Shown: positions 22,382 to 34,546 of the stretch, one piece after another | How the letters are laid out: the number at the start of each line of letters is the position of its first letter | Numbering within the stretch: position 1 is the first letter of the stretch | Assembly (NCBI GenBank): GCA_904063045.1 | Contig: CAJFCJ010000019.1 | Span: 2,495,700 to 2,559,699, forward strand | DNA length: 64,000 nucleotides | Reading direction: 5' to 3' | Origin: Dimorphilus gyrociliatus | Lineage: Eukaryota > Animalia > Annelida | Translations under genes and position numbers: made by a program | Notes under the pieces: model-generated | Told to the model about the DNA's origin: nothing | Database searches by the model: none | The model's input: the letters and a program-made list of their open reading frames with translations, nothing else

Positions 22382-22391
22382 TCTCGCGAGA
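22382..22391. promoter_or_regulatory. TCTCGCGAGA palindrome (BANP/ZBTB33-type promoter motif) upstream of CaMKII
   Basis: Perfect 10-bp match 40 bp upstream of the ATG, in a CpG-rich patch. A YY1-like AAGATGGCGG overlaps the ATG. Confidence 0.5.
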
Positions 22392-22633
22392 TGCAATTGG
22401 CGCGACTATCGGCTTAAAGTGACATTTAAAAAAATTATTCAAAAATGGATCTAAAAATTAATATTTGGCTTATTTTCTATATTAATTACTTTATAAGATT
22501 TTTGATACTTGATCCACAATATAAAATATAGGCTTATTGAATAAAATTTTTCATGACCAACTGCATTATTCTAGGTCATTAACCAAAGGCATAAACATAC
22601 GCAGTGCAGCTGTATATCAATAGCAAACGAAAA

Positions 22634-23553
22634 ATGGGAACGAATAAAACTACGGTTGCGGTCGGTTGTATTTTCGAATATTATGGAAAGATACCAGAGA
22701 ACGTCTATAATACAAACGAGAAATTGACGTTGCTAGAGAAAGCGGTCTATGACAATGATCCAGAAACAATAAAGAAATTAGTTATGGTTAGTTTTTTGTA
22801 CAAATACATTAACGTATATCTCTTGTATAAGTTATAGATTGATCAATAGCTATCCTTTACTCTATTTTTGAAATTTAGAATGGCCGAATGGTCGATGCTC
22901 AATTAAAGATTGGCAGAATGTCATGTATAGAATATGCGGCAATGATGGGATATCATAAAGTTCTTCAACAACTTTTTGAACTTTCTATCAATGGAAAAAT
23001 TCTAGAGACCTATTTTCGATCGAATGACATTGTCCAGAGGTCTCAGCTATTATCGCGTAACAAAGACGTCTTCTTCGATAGAGGTGGCTTAGCCGAGGCT
23101 AATCGATGGTTAGCTGCATTATATACAGCCATTGAATACAATCAGAGCGAATGTCTACTGGTTTTACTTGATTTGCTCGGGTCAAGAGAAATCGAAACGG
23201 CCGCCTTTCGCAGTGGCTCTACAACTGAGGCTATTAGGCCTATTGAGCTAGCGGAGCTAAGAGGTTTCTGACATACATATACAGTTATATTTATACATGC
23301 TTATATAAATCTAATATATTAGAACAGCATTTATATACAGTATATATATACTTTATATATATATATATACTGTATATTAGTATAGATATATATATATATA
23401 TATAAATATATATACATTTATGTATGTATAGTATAGTACAACTTCTATTCTCTTTTTTATACATTTTCTAACAAATTTATTGCAATATATCTCTGAAAAG
23501 GTCACAACGAGTGCTATACAATACTGCAGAGACGCAAAGACGTCGAACCTTAA
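22634..23553 (+). CDS. Small ankyrin-repeat-like protein; 3 exons (22634-22786, 22879-23263, 23501-23553), about 197 aa
   Basis: In-frame GT-AG joins; ankyrin-like segments TLLEKAVYDNDPETIKKLV, SCIEYAAMMGYHKVLQQL, ALYTAIEYNQSECLLVLL, RPIELAELRGHNECYTIL. Confidence 0.7.
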
Positions 23554-23607
23554 AAGAAAGAATACTTGAAAAGCTGAATAGACACAGAAAAGGAAAAGTT
23601 TTCCAGC

Positions 23608-26600
23608 TCAATACTCTTGTCTGAGAAAACGAGCCGTTGTTTCAACAACTGTAATATTGCGTTTTCTGCAAATAAAACTGGTTTTAGTTTTTTTTTCTTT
23701 TGCAGTTTATAGATGTTTATTGTTTGCCACTGTTACAAAAAAATATACGAACCCCTTTTCACTTAACCTCCTATTGAAGAGTACAGATGCAAAACTGGAA
23801 AATTGATAAAATTACTGTATTTTAATTATTCAATATACATTTATTATAAATATTCCTACTTTGGAATTTTTAAAATAGCTGATAATTCGTTTGCTCGATC
23901 CACTATTATTTTCTTAATATTCCCTTTCATTTTGTCGTTTGTTGTTTGCTGATTGGCCAGCTTAGAAAGGCATATTAGAACACGGGCAGTCAGTTGTTGA
24001 TTACGAGACGACAACTGCAATAAAAAAGTAAAAAGAGAATTAGAAATGTTATACTGGGGCTGTATAATTAACAAAAAGAGGTGATATTTCTCTCTCTTAA
24101 TAGTATATCTTTTAATACCTTACAAAGGGCTGACATTAAACATGATAAAAATTTAGAATAAGATTCATCATTGTCAGCTAAATTCTTCGAAACTTCGTAA
24201 GCCAGAGCTTCGAAACTTTCATACATAGACGTTGTAGTCTCAATTGTACACTTTGTACTTATCTCTGATGAAAGGAATTCACCCACGCACCATACTAAGT
24301 TTGAAGCTAGTGTAGGAGCAGACATAATGCCTGGCAGACAAGACAAGAAGATGGACATTTCGTACTGCATTTCACCTATGATATCTGGATGAAGTTGTAA
24401 GAACTTCAAGAAGTACTTTCCCAAGACTCTAAGTAAAACAGAAAAAGATCAAAGTTAAGAAATTCTTTTTTTCTAATAAAAAAAATTGTAAATCAATCTT
24501 AACGAATACATTTCGATTTCTTCTCTATAACCTTCAACATCATACAAGGACAATGATCTCTCTATAATAGATGGGCAAAGCTTCTTAAGAATATCAATGT
24601 CGTCTTCTTCATATACTTGCGAGAAGAAGCGTCTACGAGAGAAATTAAAGAATTCGATGAAATACATGATAAAGCATATAAGTAAAAAAGTTATGAAAAT
24701 TCCATATATATACTAAACAATATTGATAGAAAGATATATACTCTAATAAAGGAGCCACGTTCTTAGAACAAGAAACAACTGAATATGACGTATTAGAGAG
24801 TTTTAAAGCTCCATGCAGTTGCTTCAATTTATCAACGGTATCCGTTGAACCAGATTCGTTTCGTGTTATAAAGTCGACTAGAGTTTCCAGAACAGAATCG
24901 TTATTCGCTTGTAATTTTTCTCTCGTTTCCACAGCTGCAGCGACACAAGGCAAGTCGAGCAAGTAGTGAAACATCTGTTATTATTTTTAGTGATGTCTAA
25001 GTATGCTTTCAAAGAAAGTTAAACTAATCTATAAAATATTAATACCTCCAAGCAAGTATCGGAAGACAGGAACGCAGGTAAAAGTTCCTGGAAATCTTCG
25101 CGAAATGTATCCGATTTCATCGCAAATATCTAAAGCATGGATTATTATGTTATATTTCAATATATGTATAGATTTGATGCTTTTTTTTTAAAAAAAGCAA
25201 CATGCACTGTATAGAGTAAAAATAATGAATATCTAGTATATTCAGCGTATATGACATCTATTGTATAATCTAGACAATATATCCATTTTTTTTATGATGA
25301 GAAATGCAGTTATATTTACTGAAGTTATATAGAAAAGACGTACTTTCATAAAGGAAGGGAAATATTTGGATAGGAAAGGTGTTTCATAGCATAGTTGCTC
25401 CAAATTTTTATCCAGGAATAAAACCGTTTCAAATGCCAAAGATATGTTACTAACGTACAGTGGTAGTAACTTGGTACAAAAATATTCCATTGGTGTAGAT
25501 ATATCTTGTAATCTTTTATCACCTGCATAAGTAATTGGAATAAAGTATAAACCTTTGCAGGTTTTATGCAGCAAACCATGATTTAGGTAAAATTGCAGTA
25601 GGCTTAACAATATTCTGGCCTTGAAAACATTCGCTTTTCCGGAACATAGTGTATCTTGCCATTTTCTAATACAGTCAATAATCTCACTAGAAAAATGTGA
25701 AGACCAATTTGCGTCTAAGATTACGAGAAGTTCTTGTAAACACTGCAAAAAAAAAATTGTAAAATGTCTAAGCGCTTCTCTTTACTCTGTCGTCTTAAAA
25801 TATACAGCCAATTGTAAAGTGACGTCCGATGGATGTTTACAATCTGCAATAGACAATATATATAGATATACATATATACTCTATATATTAAACACATTCA
25901 GTGGGCACAAATATTGTGTAACCAGTCGAAAATTGTGAACATTTCTAATATAAGTATAAGATATTCAGGCTTGAAGACAACAACATTGTCATAATGGTAG
26001 GTGGAACAAAACTGTTGAAAGAGGAGCAAATGAAGCCAAAGTTTTAAGGGGATAAGGGCTTCTTCTTTTGAAAACATTGGCAAGAAATGAAAAAGGAGTC
26101 GTGCTACTATTAGCAGGTTCTTAAAAGATCCAGAAAACCATGATTTGAGAATGTTATAGTGGAAAAGAAAATTCACACTAAGAACTTGAAAAACAAATTA
26201 CTCATTTTGCCAGAAATGGGTTAATATCCAGAAAAAAAATCAAAAATGATCTGTTGCTTCCTGGCTGTTTATGCGCTGTCTAAACTGCGCTAAAGGGAGG
26301 AGCGCTCGAGAACATAAAAATATTGAAAAAGGCAAACTCAACTCCAACAACTATTGATCAGAGATTGAATTTCTGTCACAATTATTACAATTTCAATTTT
26401 TGGCACATAGCTATGTTCACTGATGAGAAGAAATTTAATTTAGATGGACCTGACGGTTGAGCCTATTACTCACATGATCCAAGAAAAGAGAATTTTTTCA
26501 AAGAGACATATAAGAGACAAGTAGTGTAATGGTGTGAGGAGTTTCTCAACAAAATTTACTTCTCGTTAAACCTAGAATGATGACTGAAGGCCAAAATAGA

Positions 26601-28028
26601 AGTTCTAGAGGAGACACTGATTTCAGCCTCTCAGTCTCTATGTGTTGAATACAAGATAATACTCTATGCCATCAAGCTTTATTGACCTGTAACTTTGTAA
26701 AGAAGTAAAGCATAAAAAGAGATAAAATGATAGACCAGAACCCCTGACTATATTATTATTGAAAATGTTGGAGGATGCTGATAAGAGCTGTTTTTGAAAA
26801 TGACAAGCAATAACAAACTATTCAGGAGTTAATATATGCCATACAAAGAAAATTAGCTGGATTAGATGCTATTAAAATAAAGGATTCCATGCACCCAATG
26901 AGTAAAACAATCCTTAATAGCCCAGAGAATAAAAAGGGAAAGTTACAAAATATTATAAATATAATGTTTGAAGGAAAAATGATCAGTAGTTTCGTAATTT
27001 CAGTAGAGAGAAAAAGATACTATTTATGCCCATAGAATATAAACAAATGCATCTAAGAGTAAAACTTGAGGGACATACTTCTACGGCATTGTTCCAACAT
27101 TCTAAACGAGTAGCGTATTATTTTACCACTTTCCTCCATTCCATCCATTCTAGTGTAATCGAATTGCCTGATACAATATCGAAGAGAGGAAAAACCGTAA
27201 ACTTGCAATAAACAGTCATCATCAAGTGTTGAAGCTGAAAATATGAAATTTCAATCAACAGAAAAAAGCATCCTTTGAAATTTTTACAACCATAACATAG
27301 TGGTGTAAATTCCTCGACAGAGATTTCCCCGTCTATCTCTCTTACAGAATCTTTGGAAGTCGCCAGACAATTTGATATAATGGAGACAAGCTGTTCAGCT
27401 AAAAGGCTACTTTGTTCTGGGCTAAGGTAATTTGTATCCCTCTGCCAGTAGGTTAGTGAAATAAGACTGGTACTTCTTGTCTTAAAATCGTAACCCTTTG
27501 TTGACAGGAATCTAAGAATTTGATCTGAATGACTAACAAAACTCTGAGAAATTAAAATGGGTAAAATGTAAGCAGATTTAGAGGAGTTAATCTCGTCAGA
27601 AAATGCAATGCCGTCAAGGCCTGGAGAGAAGAGCTTGAGGAGTAGCACAAGCGCATTTCTCGCCGCCAGCCTCTCTTTATTAGGTGCTTCTCTAGGATCT
27701 CGTTTACAAATTACTTTCCAAGCAGTCTCCCCTAATTGTCTTGGCAAACTGTATCGATCTCTTATAATAATTACTTTAATAAAGGTACATGCGCCTACTT
27801 TCTCTCCGAAGAACAGAAAACTAGATATAATTGACGTAAACTTGACAGACAGTCTTTCAGCGGTTTGTCATCAATTTGCTGGGACAGATTGTTGGATAAT
27901 AGTTCTATTTCGTCGTCAGTTGCCGCCCTTTAATTTAAAATGAAACCCGAATAAAAAGAGCTATACGAAATAAGGTGTATATGCCACCTGCTCTGAGCAA
28001 AAATCTTGTCCAACACGTTGTTATCCAT
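23608..28028 (-). CDS. AP5Z1: AP-5 complex subunit zeta-1 (multi-exon; 3' end approximate)
   Basis: N-terminus MDNNVLDKIFAQSRAATDDEIELLS; internal EMFHYLLDLPC; C-terminal LVWCVGEFLS, YESFEALAYE, LSSRNQQLTARVLICLSK and DRANELSAILKIP all resemble AP5Z1/SPG48. Confidence 0.85.
25899..27035 (+). mobile_element. Decayed Tc1/mariner (Tc3-like, DD34E-type) DNA transposon inside an AP5Z1 intron
   Basis: Broken transposase frames: KRSRATISRFLKDPE, MFTDEKKFNLDGPDG*AYYSHDPRKE, SVMV*G, QDN, PD...IEN. Left end CAGTGGGCACAAATA; degenerate inverted copy TATTTATGCCCATAG at 27021-27035. Confidence 0.85.
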
Positions 28029-28287
28029 GCAGTTTTTCACCTTGTAGAGAATTAACTTTTACGATGAAGTCATTATACAAAAAATTGGCAGGCTTTTCTT
28101 ACAAATCCTCTTAAAATTATTATTTTTAAAGGCATAGATCGAATCAAATATAATAGGCCTATACTTCCGCCTACAGTATCTTATAATTTTTTATGTGTAT
28201 ATAAAAAAAATTCTATAAAAGCAAAACAAATACAGTCTCGCATTTAGAAAGAGTAAATTCAATCACAGTAATTTTTTAGTCTTGCAG

Positions 28288-31200
28288 TCAAGCCCAATAA
28301 GCACCGGGATTGGTGACGGCCTGCGGCGTCTGATTGGAATTCTGTCCATAATAGGCTTGTTGCGTAGAAGTTTGAGCAAGGGATGGCTGTGTGTGGACGT
28401 TATATACTGGAGAAGCCGGTAGACTTGTATACGAGATTTGCTGACCGTAAATCGGTTGAGCGGTATATTCCACCGGAGCGGCTGCATTCTGAGGTACTTG
28501 AGGAACGTATGTTTGAGTTTTACTTGAAAACTGATTGTAAGCTATAGTCTGTTTGTTCCCAACATCTGCTAAACTTTCTTCTCCTTCTGTCACATATATA
28601 GTAGCTTGACTCATATTCCTATTGCTTTTTGGCAATTTGAACGCTGGCGGATTGGCCGGTGGTGGCATGAGCTGCTTGTCTACTTCGTTCTTTTGTATTT
28701 GATCTCCGACTACCTGCAAAGGTCGTTGGACATAATAGTCTGTGATTGTGGAAGAAACTGGTGGTGGGACTGGTTCTATTTCCACTTCTCCCTTTCGATC
28801 CTCAAACGGGTAATGTCTCTTTGTGGCATAATGTAAATCCGTTTGAATTGGCTGAGAATATTGGACATAGTATTCCTGACTTAAAGTATGCGATATCTGC
28901 TGTTGAATAGGCTGGCCTATTGGAACTGCTTGATAAGATGCATGAGCAGATGGCTGAATAAGTTCCTGGACTGGTTGCACAAACTGAGAGACGGTTGGAG
29001 GAGGCACGGCAGTGTTAGGCAAGGACATTGGAGGTGGGGGGACGGCTACACCTGAAAATACAATATAGCAAAATATATATTTTTTGTTAAATTATCACCA
29101 AACATCGCGCTATTATTCAAATATCATGGTTGTTCTATTCAATAATGCAACAAAGATTCAATAGTTTTTAGCTACTAAATCGAAGTCAAGCGCAACCATT
29201 ATTGTCAGCGTATGTAATACAGCATTTGACTGTCTTGGTTCAAACACGCTGTTCTACGCTCGCATTCTTTAGGAAGGCAGTATCGGAAAGAAAGCTGATC
29301 TATAGACTCTCCTCCTTCGAAACCCTCCGGCTGAAAATAACTACAAGATATTAAACAAAAAAATATATTAACTATCCTCCATCTTGTCTTCCTAAATTAA
29401 CGCCCTCAAATATCGAAATGCGTTAGAAAATATAAAGCACCGTGTAAAAATTTTTAAAAAATTATATAAAAAACTGAATATTTCTTCTCAATCGACCAGT
29501 CTGGAAAAATTGAAAAGCAGGATGAGAACGACCAATCACTTACTCTGCACAGGCGATTGGTAGAAGTCAACTGTCTGAACAAGAGCAGTGGGAGCAATGC
29601 TTGCATTCGGCGGCTGAGCGGCCAAAGCTTGCTGAAAAGCGGCAAATTCCTTCTGTACCTATCAAATAAATATATTTCTGTCATTTCACTAATAAGTCCT
29701 TTTAGAAGTAGAAAATCTCATGGAGTACATTTTAAAATTTCTAATTTCTTTTTATGTGTATATGTAAATATATAATATAATTATTATTCTACATTGGGTA
29801 CATTAATTTTACATATACAAACATATTTTTCTACTCTTGATTTCCTTTGAAACATTTTAGTAAATGAGATTTTTTTTTTATGGTTAAAGCATTTTAATCT
29901 GTCTTTGAAAAGTTATTTATAAAAAAAAAAATGAAATAGTTATCGAAAAATTATTTTGAAATAAACATCAAAAAATATATGATTCTCTTCAGCGCTTTCA
30001 GTTGTACCTGTAAATTGTTTGCGTTAATAAAAAACTTTCTCAAATATAAATACTATAATAAGTTATGACAAACAATGTTTGATGAACGCAGTCCATTGCT
30101 TCTAAGTGAGTTTTTTTTCTATTTTTTTTTTAATTAGTTTTCATGGTCAAATTTTCATTTTTCTTTTACTCTTAACAATATAATTAAAATATATTTTGAA
30201 GGTGAAAAAAAAAACAATAAACAAAAAATTTCTCTATCAGATAAAATTTGATTCATTATTTTTACTAGAAAATCACAAATGTGTTTATTCATTATTACTG
30301 AGCATACGAAAAATTTTTCCAATTTAATTACTATTATAATGAAAGAAAAAAAAATTCCATCTTTCTCAATGAATACCAAAACTTATTAAATATACATTTT
30401 CTATCTACTTTCTAAGCAGTAATAAAGGAGAAGAGTAAAATAATTGAAATTCACCTTTCGGGTTATTTGTAACAGTCAATATGGTTTTTTTGTCATCAGT
30501 AATTATTTCTATGTGAATAGAAAATGGAGAACAAAAATAATGAAAAAAAGAGAAAATGAACGACTTTCATCTATAAACTAAAAAAGAAACTCCAATCGAT
30601 TAATGACTGTTCCTTTTTTGCGTTATATATTACAAAAACATTCAACGTAATTGGACAAAACCTTTTTGTTTTTTGCCAGCTAGCGAAATATTGCGGTGAA
30701 ATCCTTCCTTTTTAGATTTAGTTGTTTTTAAATCCCCTTAATTAACTTGCAGAAAATACGTAAATCAAAAATAAAATATACATTTATTATTTATTCATAA
30801 TGGAAACTGTGTTTGATTCTTTATCGATGCTAACACTACTTATTATCATTTTCCTTCGACCTCACCAAACTTAATCTGTTTCAACTTTACTTATAGTTAA
30901 TTAAAAAAGCTACTTTTATTTTCATCTTTTTTTAGACAGAATTCTTTTCTTTCGATTAATCAAATTTTAGATAGAGAACTCTTTTAAAATACCTTTATAT
31001 ATTGATAAATGGAGACTGTATACATATATAAATATATATATAGTATTAAATAAATAATTTAGGGGCATTGTTTTCATCAATATACCCTGAAAAATGAAAT
31101 TGAGATAAAAAAAATCTCACTCTAAATGCAACTTAACTGCTTAAAGCACACAGAGACAAAAAAAATTAAAAAAAATCTTTTATAAGGAGAAAAACCTAAG

Positions 31201-32532
31201 AGCAACGTACCGTTTGAACAAGATCATCTGCTAATTGTTTGGCGTGCTGAAGTCCTGCCAGTGTTGTATGCCTATTTCATAAAACATTATGTTGAAATAC
31301 CAAATTCTTAAAACATTTATATTCCCTAAATATTTTATACTTTTATAGATAATTGGAATATTGACTTATTTTAAGCTATATTACTACTTACTGAAGGTGT
31401 ATATTCATTGGCTCTGTCGAATCCAATATTAGAGAGTCTCCTGAGCCTCTACCTCTTAAAGTAACTCTTGCTCCAGATTCGTTTTGAATATGTTGTAAAT
31501 ATTGACCCTAAAGTGTATAACAATTTACAATACTTGAAAATGATCGATTGAGTAATCCTTACCGATGGTCCATAAACTCTATTCTTAACGTCAAAGGAGG
31601 GAGGGGCATGCTCCAAGTTTATGTTTACTTTATCTTGAACCATTATGGTTGGCTATATAGTACAAATTCGCATGAATATTTCTGAGAATCGTTGGAAGAT
31701 TGCAAAATACAAACTTGAGCCACTGATGAAGTGGAAGGGCAATTAACGGCTACTTGCTGAAGTTGACTATTTGTTGATCCTATTGGAGCAGTTTGCACAG
31801 ATTGAGTTCTTGGAGAGGAAAGTGATATAAATTTGCTTATATCTGCGTTGTTTAGTCCATGACTTTCCAATTCTATTTTGATTATTTCTTGTATTTTCAT
31901 AATTGCAGCTGAGGAGAAAATATGAAAATAATGAGCAATTAAGATGATGATAAAGGGAAAATAAAATCTTTAGAAGTAAATATTTACCATCAACGGCGTC
32001 GGCGGTTGGTCCTTGAATACATAAATATAAAGGCCGTTCGCTGTTGGTAATTAAATAGTTACACGTTGTATTTTGTTTATTTGAAACTCATACCCTGGAT
32101 TCTTGAGCCGTTCTTCACTGCTCATATGTCTACCTTTTGTTGATATAGCTGAATTACTAAATCGTGATATCTGTAACAATATGTTTCGATTAGATCGGTC
32201 AGTTTTGAAATAGACAATATGACAAAACTTCTCACATCGTCCTGGGTCGTTCCTCTTGTTAGCGTGTTTCTACAATAAACGGGACAGTCATTTATTTCTA
32301 CTTCAGCTAGAACTGGTCCACCACCCCGAGAATGCTGAGCTAGACCATGATGAATGACTGGTTTTTTAGGGACAACTGTTGTTGGGGATGAAAGTTGAGA
32401 CGGTTTTAGTTTTCCTTTGGCAATCAATGTTGCGTTCACTTTAGCAGCCACTTCCTTTACTTCATCAATAGCACTCCGATTTTTAGGCCAGTATTGTTTA
32501 CTATATCTGCTCATGGTTTCTTTTAATAGCAT
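28288..32532 (-). CDS. KHDC4: KH homology domain-containing protein 4 (BLOM7/KIAA0907); start may be the ATG at 32514
   Basis: [75 protein letters not shown], proline-rich tail with KRHYPFE and KQLMPPP. Confidence 0.9.
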
Positions 32533-33187
32533 AGGATAGCCGATTTGCTCATTTTTGCATTACCTGCTATCGTTCGTGATCTCACACTCTAACCGGAAAT
32601 CACTCTGCCCATGCGCATAAATATATTAAATTCATTTATTAAATTTATCATCCATATATTGTTTATTTATTTATTAGCTTATATTCTAAAAAAAAAATTA
32701 ATGCGTCACATTAAGATTTATACGAAAACAACTGTTACCGCGTAAAAATCAAGTCCCAGTTTTATGAGAGTGTCACTAAGCCGGGGCTTTGAAGTTATAT
32801 AAAGACATTGATAGTCTATGTACATGAGATTTAACAAGTAGGTATTGGGCAGAAGTATGTTTTTTATACAGACTATACATTCAAACTAATACGTAAATAT
32901 GCTAATGAATAATGAGTTCATAACAATCAATATAGTTTCGATTTTCATATACAGGCGCCGCTCTCTACGTGAACGATTGATTCTCCGACCCAATAGTTGA
33001 ATATTTTCAGCTTTCTTCCCATATTCGAGCGGATATTACTCTCAGTGTGCTGAGTACGTCGATGACTGCAAAAGCTGTCACTTGAATATACAGACTGCTA
33101 GAGTATACTTGTAGAAAATTTATCGTAAATAAGGTTTTTTTCTTTAAGAAATATATAAATTAATAATACAGTATTTTCAGAGTTAAT

Positions 33188-34514
33188 ATGTCTGGATGGT
33201 GCAGCTTGGCAGGATACTTAACGTACAAAGCACCTGGAGGTAAATTTCTTATTTTTTGTATTTATACCTTCAGTAAGTCACCTTACAAGGGAATGAATAA
33301 TTTATTTCGCTATTATTGTTTATTACTAATTACTTATGCATAAACCTGAACCAAAAATATACCAGGCGCTTCTATTTGTAGAATACTTTAACGAGTTAAA
33401 AAGTAATACAATATGCGTTTAATAGGCCGATTTTTCACAGCTGTATCTTTTTTCAGTAAGCTTGTAAAATTTACCAGAGTATGATTGAAAATTAATCAAA
33501 TCTATTGGATTATTTCCCTTATTGAACGACTTATAGGCTAAATGTACATACAATTTTATATATAATTTATATATAGTTTCATTCTTTTTGCTACTGTTCA
33601 GCGCTTGGAAAGTTACGAGGTAAAAGGCGACAATGGTTTATACTGGACGAGAAAAACACTGTTTTAACATTCTACAAAAGTGAAGACGAAGCTTCACTAA
33701 ATAAGGAACCACAGGGTACAATAGATGTAAAGAATGTGGCTATTTGCACGAGTGCTGATAATTCGAATCAATTCATTATCGTGTTAGTAATTTGCATAAA
33801 TAAATTAGTAATGAGCTATTATTCTTTTGAGCCAAAAAAAAAAAGCTATTACCTACTTTACAATATTACTTAATATTTTATAGATGCGATAATAAGGAGC
33901 ATATACTGACTGCTGACAACCATGAATCGATGATGATATGGCTTGTACGCATTCAAGCTCAGAAGAATAGGCATTCGTCATCCTCATCCAGTAATAGTAA
34001 TAGGTCACCTTATAGAAATGCCCGTAGCGAAGACGATGCCGATACAACACCATTTCAAGATTGCAGAAGAAGGGTATTTACTAATTTATACCTCATTTTA
34101 TTATATTTTTCTTGATCTATTAACCATTTTTTTTACCGATAAAAAAACAATACTTTCCTTTTCCCAAAACTATTAAAATATAAAATATTACAAATAAAAA
34201 ACAATACATCAAGAACAAGAAATACAAAAAAAGGTTTCTTTCAAACTATTTCTTAATTTCTTTCAGATTTCTTTTGATATTGAGGTATATAGCCTTACTT
34301 TTGTTTCAAATACGGAAATTTATAGACTACATTTTGTTTTTATTTTTTTTTATTACTAATATTCATATCCCCAATGCAAAAATTGTATATATTTTTTTTA
34401 GTGGCCTTTTAATTCGCTGACCATTTACTTATATAAGTGAACGTTACCTGGATATTTTATCTCTCATTTTGTTTTCTTTCTATCTATCTATCTATCAATC
34501 TATCTATCTATTTG

Positions 34515-34546
<32 letters not shown>

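Noticed and set aside
25898-26176. Minus-strand ORF as an AP5Z1 exon
   Set aside because: It is the antisense of the transposase N-terminus. AP5Z1 splices in phase from 27079 to 25843 without it.
33060-33082. ATGA...AAAA...TCA hairpin as a SECIS element
   Set aside because: It lies in a 5' or promoter region, is too short, lacks the GA quartet, and no in-frame TGA occurs in nearby genes.
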